Below are positions 28,109 to 40,600 of a stretch of 64,000 bases of DNA, in pieces (position 1 is the stretch's first letter; each line of letters opens with the position of its first letter). Location: the NCBI GenBank assembly GCA_043228905.1, contig JBHGNT010000005.1:992001-1056000 (forward strand), written 5' to 3'. The stretch comes from Azolla caroliniana. Its lineage: Eukaryota; Plantae; Polypodiophyta. The notes under the pieces were generated by a model. That model saw only the letters and a list, made by a program, of their open reading frames with translations, was not told where the DNA came from and searched no databases. The position numbers and the translations under genes are program-made.

Positions 28109-28127
28109 ACGTGCAGTTCTCTACACA

Positions 28128-28682
28128 AACCCCTAGACCAGAGCATATTGGACATACTCGATGAGGATTAACGGGCCACCCTGTGGGTTTGACGTACAAT
28201 GTACTGTCCCACGGGTGTGCCATGTGTTGACCGGTGACCGGAGTCTTAAAGATAAGTGGGGGACGAATCAGAAGCAGAACTTAAATTATTAGTATTAATT
28301 ATTAAAATAGGGACGAACGGATCCGGAAGAGTTGCACCGATCCGGATCCGGACTAATTCGTAACCGGTTGTCGGGATGACACCATTTTGTAAACAGAACC
28401 GAATGCCTATAAAAGGTTCTAGAGAACGATGTATGGAACGACGGAATTAATATAAGAAAAGTATCTTGGAGATTATTGTGTATCTACGTACTTTCCATTC
28501 TGTGCTTATTGTCTTCTCATACGCGTGTAATTAATCCGTGTGTGTCGTTAATCCGGAACCGATCTAAAACCTGTCGGATATAATTATATTTCTACTGGAA
28601 GCATTAACCCCATAATCACCCTTTGGTGAAGAGATCCGGAAGGACACCCTGTGTTAGTGGCTATTCCAACCCAGGATTAACA
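28128..28682 (-). mobile_element. Remnant of LTR element C: LTR 28225-28682 with a putative tRNA-Arg PBS on the minus strand
   Basis: Termini TGTTGA/TTAACA. On the minus strand the LTR is followed by caTGGCACACCCGTGGGAC, resembling the complement of a tRNA-Arg 3' end. Copia A gag resumes at 28683. Orientation uncertain. Confidence 0.55.
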
Positions 28683-30426
28683 AAGATTTTTGTCCTCAAC
28701 GAGTTGAATTGTTGTGCGAGGCCTCCCAAGCATACTTCAACCGTCTCGTCTTCGTCGACATTTATTTTGATGGAGCCAATGCTCTTGATCTTGGCTGTGT
28801 AGTCCGACATGGACGTGTCTTGCCGAATGTTGTTCAACTCTTATCGGAGTTGAAGCTTTCGGGCGGTTGTGTTGGCAGCGAACATTTTCTTTAAGTTCTC
28901 CCACACCTCTTTGGGCGTCTTGGTGTCTCAAATGTGGCTAAGCATGTGGTCGTGGACACATGTTGCCAAGCAATACATGACTTGACTCGCCACTTGCTCC
29001 CATGTTGAGTAGTCTGCGTTCTTTGGGTCGGGTCGATTTTCTTGAGCGTTGTTGATGTAGCTTCAATACCCTTGGCCGACAAGGTATTGGTTCATCTTGT
29101 ACTCCCAAGATGAATAATTGCTTCGGTCTAGCTTTTCACTAGGGAGCAAGCTACCCATTTGTGTCTTCATGTTGATTGTAGTGTCTTCCATTTTTCCTTT
29201 CCTTCCTTCGGTCACGTACACGTGCTACGTAGTGGCACTACGATGGCGGATAACCAAATTTTGTCGTTGGCGTTTCGAACACAAAATCACGAAGTCGGGT
29301 GGGCTTAGTCAATTTTCTAAACCACATGCTCTGGTACCATGTTAAGAATTAGGTAATTAACTACGGGTTAATTAGAACCTAATTATGTGATTAAACTAAG
29401 CGGAAGATTAAGTGATATGTGTGTGTATGTGTGTGAGAGGAAGTTACACTTATGAACAACACAAGTGAGCGATGATTAACTCTATATTAAATTTAGCATC
29501 ATCAAATAAAATGCCCACAGTGAGGTATATATACATGTCATGTGCAAAGGTGCACATGTGTGAGTAGAATATAGGTACAACCGTGTAAGTCCTGTATTAA
29601 ATGTCCATGGAAGTGGAGGATCTAGAATATCCTACTTAAGTACAAGGTCCTATTTAAGGCATTATAGTCAACGCTTGTAACTAGATTCTATCTAGGTAAC
29701 TACGAAGTTACATGGTTGACTAACTAACTAACTCTAATTGAGCTTGATCTCTCAACACCCCCAAATGAAACAAACAATTAAATTGAGAGCGCAATCTCTC
29801 CTTTCCTGGCCAACATAATAACTTAGAAGACACAAGTAACTCTTTTTGCAAAGAATTAGAACGCTCTCAACTAGATGATGGTTTCCATCCACAACAAGAG
29901 TGTTTCTTGCCATCAAGTAACCAAGTGTTGAACACATGAAGAGCCCGGAATCCTAAGTGAAATACATCCATTTAGTAATTGCCGCCATGAAGCTGTAATC
30001 GTTGTCCTCCCATGTGTTAAACACTTGTTCTCAATGAAAATATTGAACAATAGATATCCATGGTTATGAGTTTGAATGTATGTCTTGTAATAATTAAATC
30101 TACGAGCCATCATATGCATAGATAAGTTCAATATTCCAGCTCCCCCCAAGCGCTTAGGGGTTGCTAGATGATTCCACGCAACCCAAGTGATTCCCATCTT
30201 ATCCCTCTTCTTTGTCCATGGCAACAATGTCAAGTAATTTAATATCATGGGTTCCATAATACATTGTACAACCTTCAAGCGTACATGAAATACCTAAGAT
30301 TGTGACTTCCAATACATGAATTATCCCTTAACTTAATAGATATCCATTCAATCAATTGACCATTTGTAACATTCATTGCTAATGGATAGGCCAAGTGTCC
30401 AAAAATAGAGCCTTTCTTCACCACGG

Positions 30427-33400
30427 TGTCGTGAAGGATTCCGGCTATAGTGTGAAACCGGGGTGAAATAGGGCGAGTCGGTGGTGTGCAACGTGTGCAC
30501 ATGTATAGTAGGAAACAATGTATAGAATATGGGGGAGTATTTATCCCATATTGTAACGCATCCCTCTCCTTGTTCTATAAAAGGAAGGGAGCGCCTCTTG
30601 TGAAGGGGTTGCCCATTTTGAGTTAGGAGGGTATACCACTTAGGTCTAGGGTTTGGTAGAGTTCTTCCTCTTCATCTTATTCTTGTTCGCTTAGGGTTTG
30701 TACTTGGGTCTTCACCCTATTTTGTTTAGGGTTTCATCTTGTCTTCTTCTTCTTCTTCTGCCCCTTCGTGTCTGTTTAGGGAATTGGCCCGGTGAAGAGC
30801 TTGTATGTTCTGTGGGGGTTTACTTCTACTCGGCCTCCTGTGCAAGACTCCGCTCGGCGCGACGAGTCTGAGAGCTCCCCCAATGGCGGCTTGGTGGCAG
30901 ACTGTTGTTGTAACGTAACCTACCTTGGTTCAGCTCGAAGCTGGGGTTGTATTATTTCGCTTGTAATATACATACGCTTGTCTGTCTGTGCACATTGGTG
31001 TATTCTAGTGGTGTCAGAAGCACAACCCCTTGCTTCCTGTGCATAAGAGTTGGTGACACGTGCACGCTCTCCCTCTCCTTTGTCTCTCTTTCTCTCTCTC
31101 GCGCGCGCGTTCAGTTGCCTCCGGAACGCGTCCGGAGTCGGTTTCTCGGCACCCCTTTTCTCCCTCGTCCGAGACCCCTGTGGTCTCGCCCCTTCCACAC
31201 GCACGCGTGTAACAACGCGACATATTTGGTGAACCCGACGTGAAAGGGCGGCAAGGGAGAATGGAGTTGGAAGAAGACAACTTCGCGCAACTTTTTGTCG
31301 AAGCGGTGAGGGAGTTTGGACGAGCAACATCAAGACGAGAGTCGGCGCAACAAGCGATTGAGTGAGTGGTCGAAAGAGTCGGCCGTTTCAACGGGGACAA
31401 GGTCCCATACTACTTGGAAGCCTACAACACGGAAATGGAGGAGCGAGGCGTAGACGAGGCATTGAGGCTGGAGTTCTTCTGTTGGGTCGTCCTCGTCTGT
31501 ATGCACGCGGAAGTGAAGGAGCTTCGAGAAGCTCATAGTTCGTGGGAGGCCTTCGAAGAGGCGCTCCTACAGGCATACGGAGGACCGCGGAAAAGCCGGG
31601 GACGACGCGGCTTCGACCAGTGGGTGGAATCGGCGAAGTCCCACCGGGGCGCAATGAAGGCGTTCCAAGAGTTCGAGCGGCGGCTTGCTCGGGTCCCGAA
31701 GTGGGAACAAGGTTTGGTGGGGGCGGACAAAGTCCTGTTGTTCGTCAGGTCGATCAACCGAGTGGAACGGGAGGCCATTGGAATTGAGCTCGAAGACGAG
31801 GACGGAGCGAATGGCCTTACGGAGGACTGGTCGAAGGTCTGAAGGGTATGCCAACAGCTAGATGACGAGCGGGCCGAGAAGGCTAGGAAGAAGGTGCGCG
31901 ACGGCGCGCCATCACAGCAGGAAGAGGCCGAACGACAAAGAGAGTCGACAAGGCTCGGCTTCGGGGCCAGGATTGCAGAGGCGTACACAACTCTCGAGGC
32001 GATGCTCGAGGAAGAGGAAAGATCGAGGCCACGAGCCGAGGCCGGGGAGACGAACTTGCCCCACAAATAGGCAGAAGATCGGTACCACGGTACCACGGGA
32101 GAGGGTGCGGAACATAACGCTCTCTCGACTTGCGGAGAAAGAACGGATGAGGACAAGGCCGAGATACCGATCACAAAATCGGAGCGTCGGGACCGGCGGT
32201 TTCGGGCACGTCAGCCAGGCACTCCAGACATTGGAGAAGCAAACCCAGGCAAGGCTTGCACGATCGGTAAAGGGTCGACCACCAACCACGAGGAGTCGCT
32301 GGCTACGGACAAGGGTGTAAATAGGACGGGCGATTCTACGCGTCTTCCCACAGTTGCTCCACGTGAGTCCCAAGAGGAGGAAGGCGGCGGCGAGAGATCG
32401 AGAATCACCGGCGAGATGATACAGGGAAGGAACGAACAAGAGCCTTCGGGACCGATTCCGGAGAACTCGGCATTCGGGCCCTTACGCCCATGTGAGACTG
32501 AGGAGATGGATCACGGTGTCAAAGAGTCTTGGCATGATGCCAGTGAAGATGGATGGGAAATGGCTTGCGAGAAGGTCAACGAAGAGACCAAGAAACGACC
32601 CAATCGAGGACCGAAAAACGTGACACTCCGATTCGGTTGGAGCCCGATCTGGTCGTGGATTGTCCGACCGGGGCCAGAATCGGCATGAGGGTGCCGATAC
32701 GGGAGAGGGTGCGGAATGAGCTGCCCTCTTTTACATGGGGAGAAAGACCGATCGGGCGAAGGTTGGGAATTGGGAAGAAGATGATCGAGGGTACGGAACG
32801 AGTCCGGTAGGATCAGCATCGGAGCCGAAACTCCGGACATTGGAGAATAAAGCCCAGGTGGGGTTTGATCGATCATAGAGAGGATGCTATCCACCGGCAC
32901 CACTAAAAGGGTCGGTGGCCCAAATGAGTCGGTGAGAGTCGTTATGAAATCGGGGTCCCCACATCTTGACTGGAGACTTCGGTAGTTCGGCCGGCGTGGC
33001 AAAGTGAGACCGAAAGAGATGGGAGATGGAGGCGGGAACACAGCAAGGAGAGTGACGACGAGTTCGGGAGAAGTACAAGGGATGGATGCGGAGAACGAAG
33101 ACCGGTTCTATGGGTCACCTCACACCGGATCTAGAGACTTCGCCGGTCGGCATCGTATCCGACGTAAGACCAATATACTGACGGTGGCGGCAGGAGAACG
33201 GGACCCGGCAATCCAAAGAATGATGGACAAACCTGGACGAGAACTGGGCAGAGTGGACTTCCAGATAACCGATCTGGACGGGAGGAAGAGAGCAGGCCTA
33301 CGAAGAGGCCAGGAACACGGTACGTCGGTACCACGGGAGACGACCCGGGATAAGGGTCCGAGATACGAAGAGCCCGAGGAGGATCCTTCACACCGGTTCT

Positions 33401-33918
33401 AGAGACTCCGATAGTCGGCCGGAGAGCTGGCGTGAGACCTAGAGTGGCGAATGGTGGCAGCGAGGGGACGAAGGCAACTGAAGGCAGAAAGGGCGGTCTA
33501 CGAAGATCCTCAAACCGATCCGGCGGTCGGCTCGAGTGCCGGCGTGAGTCCTATAGGAGAGATCGTTGGCGGCAGGTGAACGTGATCGGATGACGGAAAG
33601 TAGAGCGAAAGGAGGTATGAGGCCGGCGAGGCGGCCACGAACCGGATACGGGCCCAACCGGCAAAGTCGGAAAGACAAAGATCAGACGCGCTTGGTATGA
33701 GAGTCGATGACCCAACAAAATGGAGGCCCGAGAAGCATCCTTCACACCTACCCGGGGATCCCGGCTGTTTGGCCGACGTGGTAACGTGAGATCGAGGGTA
33801 ATGGAAGGTGGCGGTGAGGGGACGAAAGCGACGAACAACAAGGAACGGAAATCGAGATGACGCGAAGATCCATGGAGGCTAAACGGGCCATCACGAGTGT
33901 TCCTCGAACGGAGGACAA
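30427..33918 (+). mobile_element. LTR element D3: 5' LTR 30427-31222, tRNA-Trp PBS, degenerate gag, GC-rich repetitive tail with no recognisable pol
   Basis: Same LTR termini as D1 and D2. PBS TGGTGAACCCGACGTGA at 31227-31243; gag-like VGRFNGDKVPYYLEAYNTEMEERGVDEALRLEFF. Confidence 0.8.
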
Positions 33919-34356
33919 TGTCATGATATGGCAAGACTCGAACCCATGACCTTATGCTACATGGCTCATGCTCTTGACCATTAGACTATACATTGTAATA
34001 CGTAAAATATTATTTTCATTTATGTTTTATTGATGTATATTCCAGATTTCTCTGGAACATTCTAGAAACTTCAGGAGTATTCCTTATAACACTATAAAAG
34101 GAGGCACAAGGCATTATTTCGAACCAAATCGGTTTAACGTCAGTCTTAAGCCTCCTAGCTACTGTACATTTTCTTCACATAATATATACCTTTTCTTATC
34201 ATCACTCTCTCTCTCTCTCGATCTCTCCCTCCCTCCCTCTCACTCACTCTTTCCTTCTCTCGAGAGTTCTTCACCTCTCTTAGTACTAATACTTCTTTTA
34301 GTACTAATACTTCTTTTAGTACTAATTCATTCTCTGTCTTAGTACTGTTCCTGACA
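33919..34356 (+). mobile_element. Probable LTR (TGTCA...TGACA) containing an antisense tRNA-like segment
   Basis: 5-bp terminal inverted repeats, tataaaagg box, CT-rich tract, short ttagtactaatacttctt repeats; no TSD found. Confidence 0.55.
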
Positions 34357-36761
34357 GTTTGAACCGATTTTCATACCTTCTGTCTCTCTCATTTCCTACT
34401 AATCTCTTATTCCTCTTTTCTTTCATCCCATGGCCACTGTTAACGCTGAAGAATATCAATCTAGTTTCTCGGAATTTCAATGCTTGAAAGAGAAGTATTA
34501 GAAATATTGAGAATCGAGTAGATAGGTATATAGAGTTACAACTGCAGAGATGGATATATGAAAACAGAATTTCTATTACATATGAGAGTAGTTCAAAATG
34601 GTAGTTTTCCCATGCGCTCACACCTTAGAGCTTAGATAGGATATGGACCGGCTCACTACAAAATTAGTGGGGACAAATGATCAATCTCACCACTGTGTGA
34701 GAAAAGTGACTTATAATCTATGTTTGGTCTTAGTATAAATGTGCAAGTCAGTTGACAGTAGTGGAGATATTCCTTTTCTGTCAACTGACTTGTCATTTAA
34801 TATGACCCAACTCCCTAGGTACAGGCTAGTGCTAGATAATACTTATCTTGAAGTCAATGACGCATACTTCAAGACTAAGTACATCGTAACTTGCCCACAA
34901 AATATTCTAGCTGACTTGATTAGCCAATCCTTTTATCTATTTCTCTCTTTCCTAAATATTTTGTGTCCTACGCATCTACGGTTTCCTAGATTAACACCTT
35001 ATCGACCCATATGGTCGAGTTGCACACTAGCCGCTCCTCATTTGGGGCGCTATCACAAAATGTGCACTCTAAGAGCACATATGGGGATAGATTTACAACT
35101 TGGGGCTGATCATTGATTATATCTAACAGTTCCATGCTTGAAAGAGAACTCGAAGAATTGTTACTAATAGGCACACAACTTGACCTTATTTGCATCTATT
35201 CCCCAAAAGAATAACATGAAATTTTAGCCACCCTCATACTTACTACAAAGCTCAACCGACAAGAAAACATGTTTTGTAAATGGACATTGCAAACTAACTG
35301 ATTGGTAAAAGTTAAAGATACCCATATTGCCCCTCAAAGTGAGTGCTCTTTGAGTATGTCTTCTTAAGTGAACCGTGTGGAAAATGTTTGAATTTCATCA
35401 TTTGGGATTTCAATGTCCTAGAGTACAAGTTGATGTAGATAGAAACCAGTCAAAATCACATGAGATGGGCCTTAAACACATAGCACAGAAACACGAGAGA
35501 TTGGACTTTTAAACTATAGTATGAGTAGTCTAAGATATACTGATCCTCGCCCTAGTAGTGAGTGCTTATTGAGTACGGCTTTTGAAGGGAGTTATAAATG
35601 CATTGAGAACCAAATGAAATGAGGATGGTGGGAATAGAAAATTGTAGTACAATTACACGCATGTTTAAATTTTGTTGGGATGCCTACAAAGTAATGATGT
35701 GACACACTGACACCCAAGCACGTTTTCCCATTGCAAACATTTTCTCAGTATCAAATGGGACATGGATGTCCAAAATAACATATTGCCATACTCTTTTCGT
35801 AATCTTAACATGTTGGAGCACTTCCAACTACACCTCCATCCCATGTTCCACAAAAGTCAATCATTCTCCCTCACGAACATTGTAGATTGTCAATAGTTGG
35901 GCATATGCGAACATGCATCTTAATGTTATATAATCATTATACTAATTTTTGGCCATATAAGTTACTTGACACTTCTTTACAAAATGATAGTGAAAAGTTA
36001 ATCCTTGGTGCTATAATTCCAAGATCATTTAATGCTTCTCTAATATATATTAGGAGTTCAATGTATAATAATGAAAACCACATCCCCTTATGTATACATA
36101 TGCATTGGAAAATCTTGATAATGGATCGACACACATCCCTTAAAATAATAGTCATGTCCAAATTATTGTACACGATTGCCAATAATGCATGGCAATTTAT
36201 ATTCCCGAACCTCACCCTTATAAATTATCATAGATACCCATGGGGTGTATGGGGCCTAGGGTAATATCTATTATACCCACGATATTTCCCATAATATAAA
36301 AACCAATTTTGGTCAAACATGACAATATCAACGCATATGATTTTCTTCTTTTGACACAAACTTTGAACGAGAAGTATTTGTTATTTTACTGGAAGCATTG
36401 GTAAGTGAATTGATTAATTTTCAATTCACTACAATTGTGATGAAATTTCTACATCTTTTCTACTTTTGGTTGTCAAGTTATTGAAGTTCTTGCCCTTAAT
36501 AATATAGGCATTGTCATGAACTAATGATTGGCTCGATTTGTGTTATTTAAATACAATTTTGGTTCCTCCAAAAGAACTATATAGTGAGAGGCAAGTATAA
36601 CCAACATTAAATCCTGTTTTGGGATGTTCGCTTCAATCAAGCCTTGACACATTCTTATACAAGTGCTTATCCTAAAGACTAGTAGAATACTTTATGAGTA
36701 AAGAAGGGGAAACCCAAGCAAGTTATTGCACCATTATAAAACATCCAAAGGAGGTGAAGAC

Positions 36762-36965
36762 ATGGTGTTACACATTAAGGGAGGAGGCTCCGTTCGCCAG
36801 CATTACAACACTTCAACTTCTAGTAGCTCTATTCCCTTATTATCACCATCATTGCCATATCGTTATCATTGCCAATAGTGTTGAAAGGAGAGAGCAACGT
36901 CCTAATACTACCGTGGTGTAAGAAGGCCAATCTAGGGGCTTTGTAGGGGTGGTGGTAACATTCAC
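36762..36965 (+). pseudogene. LOX: Detached, frameshifted original 5' end (transit peptide) of LOX-B
   Basis: Homologous to 4343-4545. A 1-bp deletion gives TAG at 36876 after 38 codons. Separated from the rest of exon 1 by a 5.4-kb insertion. Confidence 0.85.
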
Positions 36966-37601
36966 TGAAGTGATTTACACTTAGAGATAAACAAGGAATA
37001 TTCTGAAACATAGAACAGAAATCAAACGACACACGATTTACGTGGAAAATCCCAAATCAGGGATGCCCTCCATTCACCAAAAATTTCACTATGAACCAAG
37101 AGTATACAGATATGGTTGCAAGCCTCGCTAGCTTGCAAAGAGAATACAAACCACAAGGAATACCACAAAACCGCAGAGGAAACGAAACTCTCACAACAAT
37201 ATTATATGGAATGGCAAAACTTGTTTCGGAGTATGGAGTATGGTGTGCACCATGTCGTTGTCTGAAACCTTGGTTAAGGTTTCCGCCTTGTCCACCAAAA
37301 GCCTTGCTTTCTTATCTCTTCCTTTTTCCCATTACCTCACTCTCTTTCTTTGTTCTTCCTTGCTTCACTCTCTTTCTCTCTGTTGTTCTTTGTTTCACTC
37401 TCGTTCTCTCTCTGTTCTCTACTTCACACTCTCTGTTCTCATTGTTCTTCACTCTGCTCTACTCACGCTACTCAAAGGTCTACTCTCATACGCGTTCTCT
37501 GTTCTCTTTGCACACGCGCCCACAACGATATGCTCTCTGTATCCACCTAAAGCCTAACTCCTACATACATACATATATATAATGTATTCGACTATTCGGC
37601 C

Positions 37602-40600
37602 GACTACCTTGTCAGCGAAGGTTATTGGGGCTACATCAAAGGAGTGCAAGAAATGCAACGCAACCCGACACACGCCGACTACCCAGCTTGGGAGCAGGTT
37701 GCGGCCCATGTGTTGTATTGCCTTGCATCATGCGTACATGATTACATGCTCGACTACATTTGAGAGGCAAAAATGCCAAAGGATACGTGAGGGAACCTCA
37801 AGAAAAACTTCGCGACCAATACAACAGCTCACAAACTTCAACTTCATCAGGAGTTGTGTGACGCCCACGGGTCGACCAATGTCAGCATTGACAATAATGA
37901 AATAGTGCAGATATGCCTTGGAGGCTTGGCACCTCGATTTGGCGCAATAAGGTCGACCGTTCTCGCGAGAGAAAATACTCCCTCCTTCGATCTCCAGCCA
38001 ATGTTACTGGTCAAAGAGAATCATGTCCGAGCGAGGAGCAATGTGCAAGAGGGACACATGCTAGACTATTCAAACTCGGATGGAGGAAGAGGACAAGGTT
38101 GTGGTAGAAGAGGTCGATTCAGCCAAGGCCAACACAACCAAGGGCAGTCCCATGAGCACAACTTCTACAATAGACAAGAAGCCACAAACTCGTGAGGAGG
38201 AGCCTCAGGTAAAAGGGGGAGCAATCATGCCGGACCCAACCAACAAACAACTCCGTCCTGTGCAGATATTATGGTAAATTCAGCCATTGTGAGGCGGAGT
38301 GTCGAAAAAATAAAAGTGAGACAACATTCACGAGCTGACAAGTCACAAATTACGCCTCAAATTCTGACTACGACGACCGTGGCGGAATGTTCCTGATGCA
38401 GCATAGAGCAAATTCGATGATGAAATCGTGTTCGACCAACACCTCCAATTCCAAAGATGTATGATTTGTCAATTTGGGTGCGTCAAATCACATGATGGCT
38501 CATGCAGATTGGTTTTGAGAACTCCGAAAACCTAATCGACCCGGCTATGTTGAAACTAGGGATGACACAATACACCCCATTCAGCATGTCGGCAATGTCC
38601 CATTCAGCGAAGAGGGCAATCAAACATACATAAACAATGTCCCATCTTGCATGTTCCAATAATAACGAAGAATCGGGTCTAGGTCGGTCATATCGTGGAA
38701 CAAGGCATGCAAGTTCGGTTCAACGATGGAGGATGCTTCATCAAAAAGGAAGGCCTAATTATCGCTCGCAATTGACGAGAAGGATGAATGTTCATCCTCG
38801 ATTCTCATGAGATGAAATCGTCAATGTATGCCAAGCGTTGTAAAGCCAACACCGACACAGAGTTATGGCTAAATGAATCGGCCACATCAATCCCCAAAAG
38901 CTCAAAGGGATGCAGTTGAAGGGAGTTGTCATCGGACTCCCACCTTTTACCGAAAATGAGATGGCAAGTATATGCAAAGCCTGTCAATTCGGCAAACAAC
39001 ATCGGAACGTGAGCAAAGGGATACTGTATGTAGTATATTCAAATATATGGGGACCAGCCCAAATGGAAACATTCGATGGTTGTCAATATTATGTCACGTT
39101 CATGGACAACATCTCCAAACATACATGGATTTACCTTATGCATCAAAAGAGAGAAGTGTTCAGACACTTACAAAAGTTTAAGAATGAAGTCGAAAAGGCA
39201 ACTGGTCAGCATGGCCAATGCCTTCGATCGGATGGCGGCAAGGAGTATTTTTCTAATGCCTTCGACAAGAAGGAATTCGATGGGAATTTAGCTGTTGACA
39301 CACACCTCAGCAAAATGGAGTTGTCAAACAAAAAAAATAGAATATATTGGAGGTGGCCAAAGCAATTATGAACGAAAAGAACTTGCCAAAATCATTCTAG
39401 GTTGAAGCAGCCAACACGGCCGTCTATCGAATGACCCGGTGCACAACATCTGGAGTGCACGAAATCACCCCCCACGAAAAGTTCTATGGAAAGAAGTCGA
39501 ACTTATCCCACATTAGGATATTCAGTTCGATCGCATTCGTACATATTCCCGATGAAAAGCGACAAAAGCTCGATCCGAAATTGGAGAAGTGCATCCTTGT
39601 GGGGTACTCGCTCGAACAAAAAGCGTACAAGTGCTTCAACCCATCTACCAAAAATATATGAGTGAGTAGGGATTTCGTATTCAACGAATAAGCATCCTGC
39701 TACTCGGTTGACTCGGCTCCATCCGATCATCCAATCGAAACCAATTTCGATATAGACTCGGAGGAGGAAAACCGACTAAGGCTCACATCAGAAGAGAGTC
39801 CAATCTCAACCTGGTTGAGTGGACCACAAGAGCCCCCGAGCGACCAAAGCATGTCGCGACCGAGTCTGAAGACGGACAAAGGGAAGGCCAAAATGCCTGA
39901 GTACGAAGAATCAGTAGGAATGGAATTGGAACGCTCACCCGACAATGAGTTTAATGATTAGATTTGTCGGGCATACCAAGAACTGAGAAAGTGCACACAA
40001 AGAGAGATGACACACTGCGTCGCTCCACCCGAGAAAACAACATAGCCAGCTGATTAGGCTACAATGAATACATGGCATATCATTATGCCTTTATGATGAA
40101 GATGACGATAGTCCGAGAGTCAAAAACGTTTTCCGAAGCCGCCAAGGACCCGCGATGGGTTGAAGCGATGAATGGGGAGATGCAAGCGCTCTCCAAAAAC
40201 GAGACCTGGGATCTCGTTCCCTCTTCACCCCACCAAAAGGCGATCGGTTGTCGGTGGATATTTAAGGTGAAGGACAATGTTGAAGGAACCGTCAATCGAT
40301 ATAAGGCTCGGCTTGTGGAGACAGGGTATGCACAGACACACGGGGTTGATTATGAAGAAAAACCTTTGCCCTGGTGGCAAAGATGACTACCATTCGAACC
40401 ATGATCACGCTTGTAGCAGCAAAAGGGTGGCACCTCCAACAAATGGATGACATAAAGAATACAAGGCGAGTTAGACGAGGAGATGTACATGGTGCAACCA
40501 CCTGGATTCGAGTCGCGTACGGATCCGAATGTTGTCTGCCGATTCAAAAAGCCTCTCTATGGTGTCAAGCAAGCACCAAGAGCATGGCACTCGAAGATAA

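Larger units (their letters stand above)
18755..28127 (+). mobile_element. Ty3/gypsy element B: gag with CCHC knuckles, RNase H, integrase, extra 3' ORF, 3' LTR ~26683-28127; 5' LTR, protease and RT missing
   Basis: gag MTLEGPVAKW, CTTCLNPGHSTLEC, CHSRSHTMDQC; RNase H DFHVFVDVSNIAIG..NYSTTE..DHLAL..WTLLLQEFEFEI; integrase CDLCQR..PFQKWGLDF..SDQGGHF; PPT gggaagggagaagaacaa before TG at 26683. Right boundary approximate. Confidence 0.85.
16062..29757 (-). mobile_element. Ty1/copia element A (3' LTR 16062-16497, 5' LTR 29340-29757); gag-PR-INT present, RT/RNase H absent; carries nested elements
   Basis: Paired ~420-435 bp LTRs. PBS TGGTACCAGAGC (tRNA-iMet-like) at 29339-29328; PPT gaaggggcg next to 16497; TSD acccc/ccccc. 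Protease WFVDSGASHH (18114-18425); integrase HKRIGH..CEAC..LRSDGGKEY (17139-18113). Confidence 0.9.
15720..30426 (-). mobile_element. LINE ORF2 remnant, split into 15720-16061 and 29758-30426 by the copia insertion
   Basis: Right part encodes TWVAWNHLATPKRLGGAGI (post-RT LINE motif); left part is a plausible C-terminal continuation on the same strand. Confidence 0.6.

Noticed and set aside
33925-33995. Functional tRNA gene
   Set aside because: A and B boxes are present, but the acceptor and anticodon stems do not pair properly.
34357-36481. AT-rich interval with short ORFs
   Set aside because: No domain, repeat or terminal structure I can support.
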